From Octopus sinensis (Eukaryota), in assembly GCF_006345805.1 (NCBI RefSeq), contig NC_043000.1, forward strand, positions 18,228,001-18,292,000: DNA of 64,000 nt. Direction: 5' to 3'. A model generated the notes under the pieces. That model did not search any database and was not told the origin of the DNA. It worked only from the letters and a program-made list of their open reading frames with translations. The translations under genes and the position numbers were made by a program. Positions 12,802 to 25,967 of this stretch are shown here, piece after piece (within the stretch, counting starts at the first letter, position 1; every line of letters starts with the position of its first letter).

Positions 12802-13345
12802 CTTACACAAAACAAGAATGGTGTAAAAATCTGGAACCTGAAGGAATTGGCGGAATTGGACTACAAGAAAAAGTAGCCGGAGCCACAGACTAGTTTGGTG
12901 TCTATGATGGTAGTGGTGGTGGTAGTGGTGGTGGTGGCTGCAGTGTGGGTGTATGTGCGTGTGAGTAGTAATAGTAGTAGTAGTGGTGATGGTGGTGGTG
13001 ACAACCTTAGAATGTAAAAGGAGGTAGACAGCACTAATGCTACCACTACTAGTACTACTGCTGCTACTACTACTACTGCTACTTTCCAAACCTGTCCATT
13101 GGGGGTCAAATATGTCTCAATTTCTAGACTCCTATTTCTATTGGGATAACCTTACAGAGAGAGTGTTAAAGTGGCAGTGTCTGATTGGGGTTAGTAAAGG
13201 TTGTGTGGAGGTGGTGGTGATAATAGGGGTACTAATAGTGATGGGTGGAGGTGCTGGTGGTAATAACGCGGAGGTGGTGGAACATAGTAAAGTGGTGGTG
13301 ATGTAGTAATTGGTTGTGGTGGTGATTGTACATGTATGTATGAAA
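12802..13345 (-). other. Candidate non-coding or UTR exon rich in trinucleotide repeats
   Basis: Acceptor gtctttttcttctAG| at 13346 and consensus donor AAG|GTGAGT at 12802/12801; stops in all frames. Confidence 0.35.
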
Positions 13346-13603
13346 CTAGAAGAAAAAGACATGTAGCTACACACCCACACACATGCGCACACGTGATGGG
13401 GACGGGTGTAAGGGTGGTGATGGTATTGTAGTGGTGGTGGAAATGGTGTGGAGAGGGGTGGTGGTAGTGATCATTGTATGGACCCCCCCCACCTCCGCCA
13501 GAATGCTCACACCCACTCAAGCACTTACAAACATATACAGAGTTATATATACACATACACAAACAATACATGCAAAAGGCACATGTATACATGAAGTAAT
13601 ATA

Positions 13604-13645
<42 letters not shown>

Positions 13646-13728
13646 TTTATGTTAGTATTTATAAACACACATACACACACATAATACCATCCCCTCTCTA
13701 TATCTTACACATAACCCTGAAATCACTC

Positions 13729-13762
<34 letters not shown>

Positions 13763-14314
13763 GTTGTCACATGTCTATGGGAAAAGGGAGAAGTGCTGTG
13801 GGGTAAGAATGAGTAGAGCTGAAGCCCACACCACCAGCCACCACCACCACTGCCACCACTACCACCACCACCGCTGCCGCCATCACCACCACCGCTTCCA
13901 CCACCTCCCTAATACTATCACACATAGACATGCTGGCAAATCACAACCACAATCAAACACTAGAGCCAACAAGATAAGTCTCTATGTGTTTGCTCAATAT
14001 GCTAGAAATAGTAGCTAAAGTTTCCTCAAATCTCAGTCCTCAAAAAGGGAAGGACGTTGAATAATGCAGTCAGAGATATTCACAATACCTGAGCAAATAA
14101 TAAAATGGTCAAGCTTGGAACATATATAACCACAGGTCTGCACAACGAGAACTGACACAGGCTTGAACAACAACTAGAACCTGAACAAATGAGCATTTAT
14201 GCAATGATCTTTCCTCTGCTAAAAACAGCAGCCAAATTTCCTTCAAATCATACTCTGCCATATCAAAATACAGAAAAGATCCTGCAAAATGTATTCTAGT
14301 GTATACTATATTAA

Positions 14315-14542
14315 TCCTCTTGGGACACCCAGGTCAATTGATCAGCCCAAGTGATACAAAGTGAAAGGATTCTGAGGTGGATCCATTGCCCTGATGGAAC
14401 AAATGTTGTGAATGGTTGGTTTTGAAGTGTAATAGTTAATCAGAGATCATTTTTCAGTAGATATCTTGCAATAGCAAAAAAATTTTTTGCATTTTTGGCT
14501 ACACATAAAAAACAAAACAAAAAACACTATGTCCCAAAAGAG
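14315..14542. mobile_element. Putative piggyBac-type MITE (second family)
   Basis: TTAA-tcctcttgggaca ... tgtcccaaaagag-TTAA imperfect TIR. Confidence 0.5.
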
Positions 14543-14928
14543 TTAATAAAAGGCAAGATATGCTCAATCAGGTCTGATCTCAGGTCAAACAACAGCAAAC
14601 ATTTCTACTACAACTATCACCACCAGCAAAATCATCTTGGATTCTGTAGATGAAACTTAAGCCAAAAATGATATTTGGAGAATATCTCCCTTGCCTGCTC
14701 AGCCAAAGAATATTGTTAACTCGCAAACCAATTTAATGGGGTTTTTTTACTTAATCACTGCATTTCAATATTCTGTGGTTATTTCTCATATTGAAAACAG
14801 TGGAAATAATCAAATCCACATTGGTTTCATTGTATATGTTAGCACTCCTTTATATTTGATTAATATACACAAACATTATTAAACACAATTTCATACATAG
14901 TTACGTCATCATCATACACACATACATA

Positions 14929-15780
14929 TCAGGTTGAGTAAAAAGTAAGCAACTTTTTGTTTGAACCATGATGAATTTGTACCAGATTTTTTGCAGAGCT
15001 TTGAATTTTTTTGAACATTGTTTTACAATTGTCTGATAATACAGACATAGACTTGCCCAAATGCATCACTAAACTAACATTGATATTTTTTTCACCGTTG
15101 TTACAATCATCTGAAATGGATCTGCCAAAGCACAATATCCGAGAAATTTTGCTATTCAACTTCAAAAAAGGATGTAAAGCAGCTGAAACTGCTCACAACA
15201 TCAACAAAATGTTTGGTGAGGAAATAACCAGTGAGTGGTCAGCTTGAAAATGGCTTAAATGATTTCACAGTGGAGACCTGGGCCTTGAAGATCATGAACA
15301 TAGTGCTTGCCCATCTGTCATTGATGATGGTCAATTAAAGATTGTCGTTGAGAAATATCCATGTAAAACCATTTGAGAACTGGCAAAAGAACTTCAAGTT
15401 AGCCAGAAAACTGCCTGCAACCATTTGCATGCAACTGGAAAATCAAAAAGGGTACCACACAATTTGAAAGAAAATTAGAAAATGTGCAGATATGAAATTT
15501 GTTCATTGTTTCTTCTCTGTAACCAGACTGATCCATTTCTCAACTGCATTATAACTTGAGATGAAAAGTAGATTCTGTACAATAATTAAAAATGTTCTTC
15601 ACAGTGGTTGGACCAAAATGAAGCATCATAAACCTGAGCTCTTCAAAAAGAAGGTTATGGTAGCTGTTTGGTGGTGTAGTGATGGACTCATCTACTATAA
15701 CTTCTTAAAACCCCAAAAAACTATTACTGCAAAAACGTATTGCCATGGAATTGCCAAAATGAATGGAAAACTGCTACTGA
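14929..15780 (+). pseudogene. mariner (Hsmar1/SETMAR-like) transposon: left end plus decayed, 3'-truncated transposase starting at 15116
   Basis: TA-tcaggttg start; IREILLFNFKKGCKAAETAHNIN, VPHNL, FLNCIIT*DEK*ILYNN, KKVMVAVWW...IYYNFLKPQKTITA; many stops. Confidence 0.92.
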
Positions 15781-15929
15781 TATATATGTGTGTGTGTGTG
15801 TGTGTGTGTCTGTGTGTGTGTCTGTGTGTGTGTGTGTGTGTGAGAGAGAGAAGGTGTGGAAAAATGAAAGAATGTGGCACTCAACACATTTGGTAGGAAT
15901 TGCATATCTCTTAATAATAGTTTGACAAA

Positions 15930-16138
15930 AGGCATCAAGCTGGCAGAAATGTTAGCACGTCAAGTGAAATGCTTGTATCTATTTTTAGTTCTGAGTTCAA
16001 ATTCCACCGAGGTCGACTTGCCATTCATCCTTTCGGGATTGATAAATTAAGTACCAGTTGTATACTGGAGTCGATCTAATCGAATGCACCCTCCCTCTCC
16101 AAAAAATTTCAGGCCTTGTGCCTAGAGTAGAAAAGATT
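15930..16138 (+). mobile_element. SINE family C (ATT-tailed subtype)
   Basis: Head, Nin-like core and ggccttgtgcctagagtagaaaag end. Confidence 0.85.
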
Positions 16139-16423
16139 AATGGTTTGACTCAGCCCTATATCGGTTGTTAAAGTTGTGTGGGCTCATAAGAGAAATCCAT
16201 CTCATATGATATTGATAGAGACAGAGGTGCATCCCTCCTACACACCCACATGGAGCTGAGTCAGACTGCTATTAAAATAAGGGTATCGTGAAAGGCCTGG
16301 TTGGAGGCCCTTCTTTCCAGGTTCTTTCACAGGGCATTGAAAAACTGAAGTGTGTGAATCTGAGAGGGGAAAATCATAATTAACTGATCCTGCTGTATTT
16401 TCCTTTACCCAAAGCCATGAACT

Positions 16424-16426
<3 letters not shown>

Positions 16427-16465
<39 letters not shown>

Positions 16466-16478
16466 CACGCATGCATAA

Positions 16479-16510
<32 letters not shown>

Positions 16511-17112
16511 CATACATACACACATACATACATACACACACATACACACACACACACACACAAACATACATACATACACACACACATACATATATACACA
16601 TACATATATACACAAATACATATATATATATATAAATATATATATATACATACATACATACATTTATATATACACAAATACATACATACACACATACATA
16701 CATATATATATATATACACACATACATACACATACACACATACATATATATATACACACACACATACATACACACATACATACATATATATACATACACA
16801 CATACATACATATATATATATACACACACATACATACACACACACAAACATGCACACACATATGCATGCACACACACGCATGCACACACACATATATATA
16901 GGGAGAATTCACAAAAAACAAACAAAAGATGAAGACAGGTGGTGTAGACAACAAATAGATGTATTAGTTTAACGCTCAGGAATTGAAAAAGTCTTTTACA
17001 TTTCAAGCCTATGCTCTTCCACAGAAAGGGACACAGAAAGAAGCAAGGAGAGAAAATAAAGAATGTATAGTGGCTAGCAATCTATCATGGTGAATGCTGG
17101 ACAGAATGTATG

Positions 17113-17144
<32 letters not shown>

Positions 17145-17161
17145 TAAATATATATACATAC

Positions 17162-17200
<39 letters not shown>

Positions 17201-17316
17201 TACATATGTACACACGCATACATACATATACATACACACACACATACATATATACACACACACATACATATATACACACACACATACATATATACACACA
17301 TACATATATACACACA

Positions 17317-17364
<48 letters not shown>

Positions 17365-17502
17365 TATATACACACACACACACACACATGCATATATACA
17401 CATACATATTTATACATATACATACATATATATATACACATATATATATACACATATATATATACATACATACACATATAGGCATACATACATACATACA
17501 CA
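16427..17502. repeat. Compound (TG)/(TA)/(CA)/(TACA) microsatellite field
   Basis: Direct reading; source of many spurious ORFs. Confidence 0.95.
16899..17108 (-). mobile_element. Penelope-like terminal-repeat fragment within the microsatellite field
   Basis: Minus strand ctgtggaagagcataggcttgaaatg resembles a decayed minimal hammerhead motif; related to 45876-45960 in opposite orientation. Confidence 0.5.
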
Positions 17503-17746
17503 AGATAAAGTCATAAACCATACACACAAACACACCACTAGCCTCCACACCAGTAAGCATCCAAGGGAACCTCTATACAGTAGTTCATCTCACCAGAAAT
17601 ATAAGCTAAATCTCCTTCAAATGACACCTTACTATCTTCAAACGTGTTGGTGGTGGGGCAAGAATGCTTTGGATAATGTAGTGCCAGACAGATGCCATGA
17701 GACAACAGGGGTGGTTATGGCAGGAATGCCGTTTTGATTAGCATTG

Positions 17747-18158
17747 ACTCTTACTCTTTTACTCTCTTTTACTTGTTTCAGCCATTTGACTGCGGCCATG
17801 CTGGAGCACCACCTTTAATCGAGCAACTCGACCCCGGGACTTATTCTTTGTAAGCCCAGTACTTATTCTGTCGGTCTCTTTTGCCGAACCGCTAAGTGAC
17901 GGGGACATAAACACACCAGCATCGGTTGTCAAGCAAATCTAGGGCGACAAACACAGACACACAAACACACCCGCACACACACATATATATATACATGTAC
18001 ATGACGGGCTTCTTTCAGTTTCTGTCTACCAAATCCACTCACAAGGCTTTGGTCGGCCCGAGGCTATAGTAGAAGACACTTGCCCAAGGTGCCACGCAGT
18101 GGGACTGAACCCGGAACCATGTGGTGGGTTAGCAAGCTACTTACCACACAGCCACTCC
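17747..18158 (-). mobile_element. SINE family A
   Basis: Full-length match. Confidence 0.92.
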
Positions 18159-18837
18159 AAACAACAACAACCCTTATAAAATAATTGGGTAGGAGAGGCA
18201 TTCTCATTATATTGCCCCACCCCCACATAAAGTAACTTTGCTTCACCGCAACCACAACACTATCCCTCCACCACCACATCAACACCATCTTTACCACAGT
18301 AGCCCTCACCACTACCAGTACTACCATTCAATCACTACCACCAGACCAACATGCTGTAATAATCACAGTGATCGCATCACCACCCCTGCTGCTGCCAGCA
18401 CACACACACAGACACACACACACACACATTGCCACTGCTGTTGCCACCACCATAACAACAACAAAGCAAGTTCCACCCTCCTTCCACCCTGCACCTAACT
18501 ACCACCCTCCCAACCTTTTTAACTATGTCAAGATATCTATATTATAGGGAATGTCCTAATATGGAGCTTGTTGACCCTCTTTTGGGAGGTCACTGGTATA
18601 GATTGAGAACTGGGGGGTGGTTCTTGTACAAGAGGAAAAGAGAAAGGGGTATTGGTAAGTGAACCACGTTGGGTGCGTAGAAATTTCAGGGTACAGAGAG
18701 AGTAGAGTGAGCAGAAGAGTGAGAGAAAGGGTCAGAGGGGAGAAACAGGGAGTGAAAAAATAATGGAGAACGAAGGAATATGATTAAAAAAAATAGGGAA
18801 TGAAGTAAAAGTAACACAAAAAATTAGCTTTATATCA

Positions 18838-18839
<2 letters not shown>

Positions 18840-18922
<83 letters not shown>
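18840..18922. repeat. Pure (TG)n tract of ~40 units
   Basis: Direct reading. Confidence 0.95.
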
Positions 18923-18927
<5 letters not shown>

Positions 18928-19231
18928 GAGAATAGCTCAAAGTCAATATATGTGTGCTTGCATGCAAATATATGTATGCACATTTGTACACACACACACA
19001 TACACAGACTGATTGGTATTTAGCTAATGATTCTTTCTTCTCCCTCCTGATGTGATTTTAATTAATTAAAATTTCTTAGCTCACTGCATTAAGTATGTCA
19101 GAACCAGACCTTACTTGATAGATTGGAAGACTTACTGAATTAGTGTGATACAAACACACACACACACACACACACACTGATAGATAGATAGATAGATGGA
19201 TGGATATATATATAGATATATATATATATAT

Positions 19232-19272
<41 letters not shown>

Positions 19273-19996
19273 TATATAGATAGATATATAGATAGATATA
19301 TAGATAGATATATAGATATATAGATAGATAGATAGATATAAAAAAAGAAGAAGAAGAAAGAGTGGTCATGTGATGAAAGAGTGATTAGCTGGAGGTTTCT
19401 CAGATGACAACTCTCAGCAATTCAATTTACATTATTATATCAGGCCATATTATTATTGTTGTTGATGGTGGTGGTGGTGGTGAAAAGTAGTGGTGCAGGT
19501 AGGGGGGGCTATAATTGAGGGACGGGTGTTGATGTATGGTGGTGGTGGTGGTTGAGAATGTGGTCAGACCATAAGTGGCAGAGATGAAGCCTTGTTGAAT
19601 GATGAGCTGCAACTGAGAGTGATGATAACGATGGCAGTGGTTTATTTGATAGCAATGTAAATGTTCCCAGTGATGGTAGGATCAATGTGGAGACAGTGAT
19701 GGATATGGAAGCATAGGTTGTATACTGACTGACAGGGTGGAACTGGAGGGTGTGTAGGGATATCATGTTATGAAAGCAAGAAATTGTTTAAATAGAGAAG
19801 AGGCAGTCCCCCATGTCCTTTGGCACCTCCTTCCATGGTGTGAGCTTTGAATCTCTTGATGATTTAGACAAATGCAGTTCTAGCAATAAATAATTAGGCA
19901 GAATATAAACAGTGAATCTAGAAAAGGGCAGGACACAGCAGGGCTGATATAAAGAAGGGAGCCAGGCAGGAATCTAGAGGGCTTGGGTATACTACA

Positions 19997-20162
19997 TTGT
20001 GAGTTCAAATTCCGCCAAGGTCGACTTTGTCTTTCATCCTTTCGGGGTCGATAAATTAAGTACCAGTTACGCACTGGGGTCGATGTAATCGACTTAATAC
20101 CTATGTCTGTCCTTGTTTGTCCCCTCTGTGTTTAGCCCCTTGTGGGTAATAAAGAAATAGGT
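19997..20162 (+). mobile_element. SINE family C, 5'-truncated
   Basis: Nin-like core plus 3' end. Confidence 0.88.
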
Positions 20163-20178
20163 ATACATCCAGCTAGAT

Positions 20179-20623
20179 CAAGTCTCCGCAACCTTTTTTC
20201 ACTTGTAAAAATAAAAAATAAACGCACCCTTTTAAAGCCTAGCCAGGCTCATGGACTCGGTTTCCCGGTTTCTATGGCATGTGTGTTCCCCAGCTGGACG
20301 GGACACCAGTCCATCGCAGCGTTACTCATTTTTGCCAGCTGAGTGGACTGGAGCAACGTGAAATGAATTGTTTTGCTCAAGAACACAATGCGTCGCCCGG
20401 TCCAGGAATTGAAACCACAATCTTACGATCATGGTACTGACACCCTAACCACTAAGCCACGCACCTGTACACTTATATTCTTTTCAACATTTGGCAGCAC
20501 ACCCGAACTAAAAATATAATTAAAAGTATAGGGAAAAAAATTATATTCAGGTTACACTGTGGCACACCTAGCATCATCTTGTGACACACTAGTGTGCCAT
20601 GGCATACCAGTTGCAGAGCACTG
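20179..20623. mobile_element. hAT (Charlie-type) MITE with 8-bp TSD AGCTAGAT
   Basis: agctagat at 20171-20178 and 20624-20631; ends caagtctccgcaacc / cagttgcagagcactg. Confidence 0.8.
20206..20465 (-). mobile_element. tRNA-headed SINE with V-domain-like core, nested in the hAT MITE
   Basis: Minus: gtggcttagtggttaggg...ggtttcaattcc head; tgcgatggactggtgtcccgtccag V-like motif; TTTA-type tail. Confidence 0.75.
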
Positions 20624-22813
20624 AGCTAGATCAGAGATATTTGCAGTGATGGAGATGGAAGAGAAAAAGCAAGGCTATGCAAGGGTACAACCTATGAATT
20701 AGTGACTTTGACATGTTGGCGAATGAACCTTTGCCAATAAATTTAATGGCTTACTTTTTGAGTGGTCTAAGATGTTTGTGTATAAAAAATATAGTAGCAC
20801 ACTCACTTTTAGATAAACAGTACGTGTGCTGATCAGTAACCTATTTTGGCTTAAGGAGAACGATTGTTCAGAGCTGAAGTATTTTCTAGCCCTAAAAAAA
20901 AGAGTCCTTTTCTTTATGAAGCAGATTTAACAAGGTTATGTATAATGTGTTGGTATTGGCACAGATCACAGATCATCAGGGATTGCAAGGTATAGCATTT
21001 GTAGTGATTTTTAGGGCTTTATTTATATGTTGTTCGTAAATGGAGGAGGAGGTACAACACAGTTTCTTTAAAATGTGCAGTAAGTGTATCAGGGTGTTGC
21101 TTAAAGAGATTAAGTCGATATGTCCTGAATGAAGGATGTTTTTAGGACAACAGTGCAGGTCTCACATAAGGTGTCTAAAACGCATGAAGATAATGTGTAG
21201 ATGACGTGTGCTGTTAGAAGTGATAGCAAGTGGGTCTTTAATGTACAGAAAGAAGAATGAGGGCAATACAGATGAATCTTGCAGTAAACCACAAATCATA
21301 GAATATGGTTGAGAGGGGGGTGAGAGAGAGAGAGAAAGGGGGAGAGAGTGAGTGAGAGAGAAAGAGAGAGAGACAAGCAAACAGAGACAGAGTGGGGGAG
21401 GTCTGCCAAGGAATTTCAGATCTAAGAGATGAGAGATAGTTGAACAACTTAACTGGAACTACGCTAAATGTAGTTGAACAAATTTGCTGATGCAACTGCA
21501 ACAACATTGTTTTTGCTGAAGTTGTCAAAGACTGAGAGATAACTGATGCAGGAAATAAGGATAATAAGTCTTCAGTAGATTTAACTCAACAGAAATTGCA
21601 GTGTTGGTCATTGAGAAAAAAGGAAGACACTCAATAAATGGCTGAGACAGAGATATTCTTTATTTAGGAGATGGAATAAACATTGTCATTGTGCAGAGAA
21701 TGATTGAAGAGATTATTAATAAGCTCTGCTTGAATATAAACGTGGGGGCACCATGAAAATCTGTCAGTCACCTTGTTGTGTTGGAGTGACCCAAGAATTT
21801 TTCTTATAGTGTGTACATGATGGGGGAGAGAATTTGAAAAGGTCTCCAATTGTCTTTCCACTACGTTTGAGAATAGATTTGTTGTGTGAGAGTGGTGTAA
21901 AGGTGGAAGGGAAACAGACAGGAAATGAACCAGATTTATCTGTGAGAGTGATACTTACAGAGTCACCTTGGTTTAAGAATAAAGGCTAAGTGAGGTTAGA
22001 AGAGATCCTCTAGAAAGACCATGTGTTGTATAGTGACTAGTATGGCAGAACTGAAGATTATGTAGGGAAAAAGAACTGTTGTTTGGCCATAGGTCAGCTT
22101 TGATCAAGTAAAACTTGTGGTCAAAAGCATTCCAGCCATGGTCACCCTACTTTACCTATCAAAGATCAATTGCATTGCCCAATGTATACTTTATTTTAGA
22201 TGGAAAGATGTGATTTGAGAAAGATTTGGTTACTAATTCTAGCAGATCAAACCACCATATACAGATTCTTTAATTGGTTAAGTGAAAGGGAGTATTTGAT
22301 GGTGACTGGATGAGGTATGGGAGGATGGGATGTAGCAGAGGTTGTAGTAGAAATATAGTTTGGTAGAGGGGATTGTGATTTATGTGACAGTTTATGTATA
22401 TAGTGGTGGTGGGAATGATGCAGTCATACACACACACAAATGCAATCACCTCCACCTCATTGCAATCACTAAAGATCTACACTCAACTCACAACACATTT
22501 ATTCCACTCCAGTAGTTCATTAGTTATCTCTCTCTCTCAATCATATCACCTGTCTCCCTTCTCATAACAAGACCTCTTACACATACTTTCTACAGTATAT
22601 CTTTTGTATCGAAACAGAATGAACTCTTTTGTCTGGAACAAAAGAAGAAGCTCCCTAGGTTCCTTCACACCAGTCACAATATCACTGGCTCCAATAAAAT
22701 ATCAAAACCTGTTTACTGTTTTCAATAAAACCTCAGAACAGCTAGTCATACCTAAAACTTGTAAGCATGCCTGAAACTGATAGATTGTCAATTTTATGTG
22801 GCTATTTCATTAA

Positions 22814-23034
22814 CCCTTTAGCTTTCAGATTACTCTGTTAAATGTAATGCTTTTTCACTCAAATTGTTTTGAATTAATCATGCATTATCTCACAGATTTG
22901 AGGTTTCAATAATGTGATTATTTATTTTTAGAATGTCAATGTAGGTTAGGTGTGAGAGGCTAGATATGGCTAGTTCAAATATAAAACATGTAGAATATAT
23001 TGGGCCGGATGTGGCCGGTTTAAAAACTAAAGGG
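22814..23034 (-). mobile_element. piggyBac-type MITE, 221 bp
   Basis: TTAA-ccctttag ... ctaaaggg-TTAA. Confidence 0.88.
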
Positions 23035-23712
23035 TTAAGGCTTTGCTGGCTTCTGCATTGTTAAAGCATTTTATATCAGCCAGTCTGAAACTGCTCCTTG
23101 TTCTATGTTGACGCAAACTTCCTGTTTCATAATGATCTTAATTAAAACCCTCCATCAAAACTTCAGGCTAATTTCTGCTCCAAACACCAGCTTAATAATG
23201 GTACTATTATTTTACTAAATTCTTTATTATTTCAAAGATTAATTGAAACAAATACAGCGTATTTCAACGGAAATGGTAACAAAAAAGTTAAGCTTGGACA
23301 AAAATAAAAAAAACAGTCTTGTAGTGTTTAGCTTACATTCCAAGTTCAAATCCCTCTGGAGTCAACTTAACCTTTCATCATTTTGGGGTTAATAAAATAA
23401 GAAGTATTTAGGAAAAAAACTGAACATCAATATGAATTAGTTTTCTGCTCACAAATGTATGGCTCTGTGCCTAAGCTAGAAACAAATTATTATAATTGCA
23501 TTTCATTCTTTCAGTGGCAATACCAGTCATATACTGAGTTTAATTGACTCAAACTGTTTTTGCAAACTTGTGACCTTGTTCCACATCCAAAGTTGCCTCA
23601 TGTACTTCCCAGGCTTAAAATATTACTGAATTACACTGTCTTCTCACTATACAGCTATTTCTGATCAGGTCTTTGATGTTCACTGCATTAAATATTTTTA
23701 CATACTGTTTTT

Positions 23713-23908
23713 CGCCAGCCTCGTCTGGCACCTGTGTCGGTGGCACATAAAATCACCCACTACACTCTCGGAGTGGTTGGCGTTAGGAAGGGCATCCAGC
23801 TGTAGAAACACTGCCAGATCTGACTGGCCTGGTGCAGCGTTCGGGCTTCCCAGACCCCAGTTGAACCCATGCTAGCATGGAAAGCGGACGTTAAACGATG
23901 ATGATGAT
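23713..23908 (+). mobile_element. SINE family D (one 5' module)
   Basis: Meta-like core and (GAT)n tail. Confidence 0.85.
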
Positions 23909-23964
23909 GTTTTTCATGTGAATGGTATTTCTGAGTAATTTATTTTCTAAACTATACTTGTCAC

Positions 23965-24311
23965 AGTGAGTGAGTGAGTGAGTGAGTGAGTGAGTGAGGA
24001 GTGAGGAGTGAGTGAGTGAGTGAGTGAGTGAGTGAGTGAGTGAGTGAGTGAGTGAGGAGTGAGGAGTGAGTGAGTGAGTGAGTGAGTGAGTGAGTGAGTG
24101 AGTGAGTGAGTGAGTGAGTGAGTGAGTGAGTGAGTGAGTGAGTGAGTGAGTGAGTGAGTGAGTGAGTGAGTGAGTGTGAGTGAGTGAGTGAGTGAGTGAG
24201 TGAGTGAGTGAGTGAGTGAGTGAGTGAGTGAGTGAGTGAGTGAGTGAGTGAGTGAGTGAGTGAGTGAGTGAGTGAGTGAGTGAGTGAGTGAGTGAGTGAG
24301 TGAGTGAGTGA

Positions 24312-24377
<66 letters not shown>

Positions 24378-24388
24378 GTGTGTGTGTG
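23965..24388. repeat. (GAGT)n of ~350 bp followed by (AG)n and (TG)n
   Basis: Direct reading. Confidence 0.95.
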
Positions 24389-24404
24389 TAATTATTTAGA
24401 ACTG

Positions 24405-24665
24405 CAGCTACCTCAGGACATACTGTTCAATATATTTATTACTTGACACTACTACACCTGTCTCAGGACAGCAGTGAATTTATTACCTGACAATGCAACT
24501 ATCACGTAATTACTGGTCAGTTTATTACCTAATGCCAGTCACTGTCACAGGGACACTGGACAATTCATTACATGACACTAGTGACTACCGCAAGGACACT
24601 GGTTCACATATTGCCTGACATTATAGATATACTAAGTTTGTTGGTCAATTTATTTATTATCTGAC
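24405..24665. repeat. Diverged ~43-bp minisatellite, about 6 units
   Basis: Recurring ggacactgg..aatttattacctgacact motif. Confidence 0.65.
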
Positions 24666-24779
24666 TCAAAAAAATTATCATGAGGTCAATAGATCAGTTG
24701 CAGTAAGAAGTTTACTTCCAAACCACAGAGTCCCAGGTTCAGTCCCACTACATGGCATCTTGGGCAAGTGTCTTCTACT

Positions 24780-25150
24780 TGAAGCACTCCGTCGGTTACG
24801 ACGACGAGGGTTCCGGTTGATCCGATCAACGGAACAGCCTGCTCGTGAAATTAATGTGTAAGTGGCTGAGCACTCCACAGACACGTGCACCCTTGACGTA
24901 GTTCTTGGGGATATTCAGCGTGACACAGAGAGTGACAAGGCCGGCCCCTTGAAGTACAGGTACAACAGAAACAGGAAGTAAGAGTGAGAGAAAGTTGTGG
25001 TGAAAGAGTACAGCAGGGATCATCACCATGCCCTGCCGGAGCCTCGTGGAGCTTTTTTAGGTGTTTTCGCTCAATAAACACTCACAACGTCCGGTTTGGG
25101 AATCGAAACCGCAATCCTATGACCGCGAGTCCGCTGCCCTAACCACTGGG
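24780..25150 (-). mobile_element. SINE family B nested in the older SINE
   Basis: Match to family B. Confidence 0.92.
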
Positions 25151-25399
25151 TTAGAACTGCAGTGACTGGATTTGGTAAACAGAAACTGAAAGAAATCTGT
25201 CCTATAAATATGTACACACACACACACACACACACAAAATAGTGTAGGCAGCTATAAGCAATATCGAACCAAAAAGGAAAAATTCAATTGTCACTGATTG
25301 TGACAGATGGTGCAGGGTAGCACCTACTTTGTTAGAAATAAGAGCTAGAAGCCTTTAGGTCAGCAAAGAAGCACATATCTGTGCATCGACAGGGGAGAT

Positions 25400-25475
25400 A
25401 ACCACAGCGAGTGAGATTGCTATACTAGTCGAGTTTCGCTTTGAATTAAAGCTCATCAGTGGTGACTACTCCATT
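25400..25475 (-). ncRNA. Hammerhead-ribozyme-like core, probably degenerate and Penelope-associated
   Basis: Minus: ctgatga-gcttt-aattc-aaagc-gaaa-c at 25459-25433 with a perfect 5-bp stem II; stem III and cleavage triplet not canonical. Confidence 0.5.
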
Positions 25476-25967
25476 GATGGATAGTTTAGCTAAATCCCAA
25501 CTATCAGTACATAATATTTAAACAAACACAAGTACATGTCTGTGTGTGTGTGTGTGTGTTAAAGTCTCCTTGCCATGACATTGCTTAATAGTTGTAAACA
25601 AGTGTCACTATCATGTCTAATCATGAGGAAAATATCACCTTACTTAGAAGCAGGTGAGGGTTGGCAACAGGAAGAGCATCCAGCCATAGAAAATCCATCT
25701 CAACAAATTCTGTGACCCAAGCATGGAAAAGTGGACGCTAAAACAATAAAGGAGACTGAGAACTGTTACAAACGCATCAAAACCAATACACGCCCAACCC
25801 ACTTGAAAATACTTACACTACATTGAGATGTCAAGTGATCTTCAACAGTCACCACGACTACTGGATGTACTAATTTAACCTCTCTTCTTCAGCTTCTTGT
25901 CTTTAAGATTTCAAATCCTCAATTTAATTGCATACTTCATCACAATAAGGATGTGATTGCAATAGTT

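Larger units (their letters stand above)
24695..25745 (+). mobile_element. Old chimeric SINE (family-A 5' half plus Meta-like 3' half) carrying nested insertions
   Basis: A head 24695-24779 resumes at ~25160; Meta-like ggttggcaacaggaagagcatccagcc at ~25660. Confidence 0.65.

Noticed and set aside
16238-17737. Long ORFs of 100-216 aa (YIHT / CVYM-rich)
   Set aside because: Translations of dinucleotide microsatellites; the same applies to ORFs at 5157-5865, 39764-40413 and 47706-48067
20650-22050. Possible Penelope or LINE coding relic
   Set aside because: Only vague motif resemblance with stops in all frames; needs a translated HMM search
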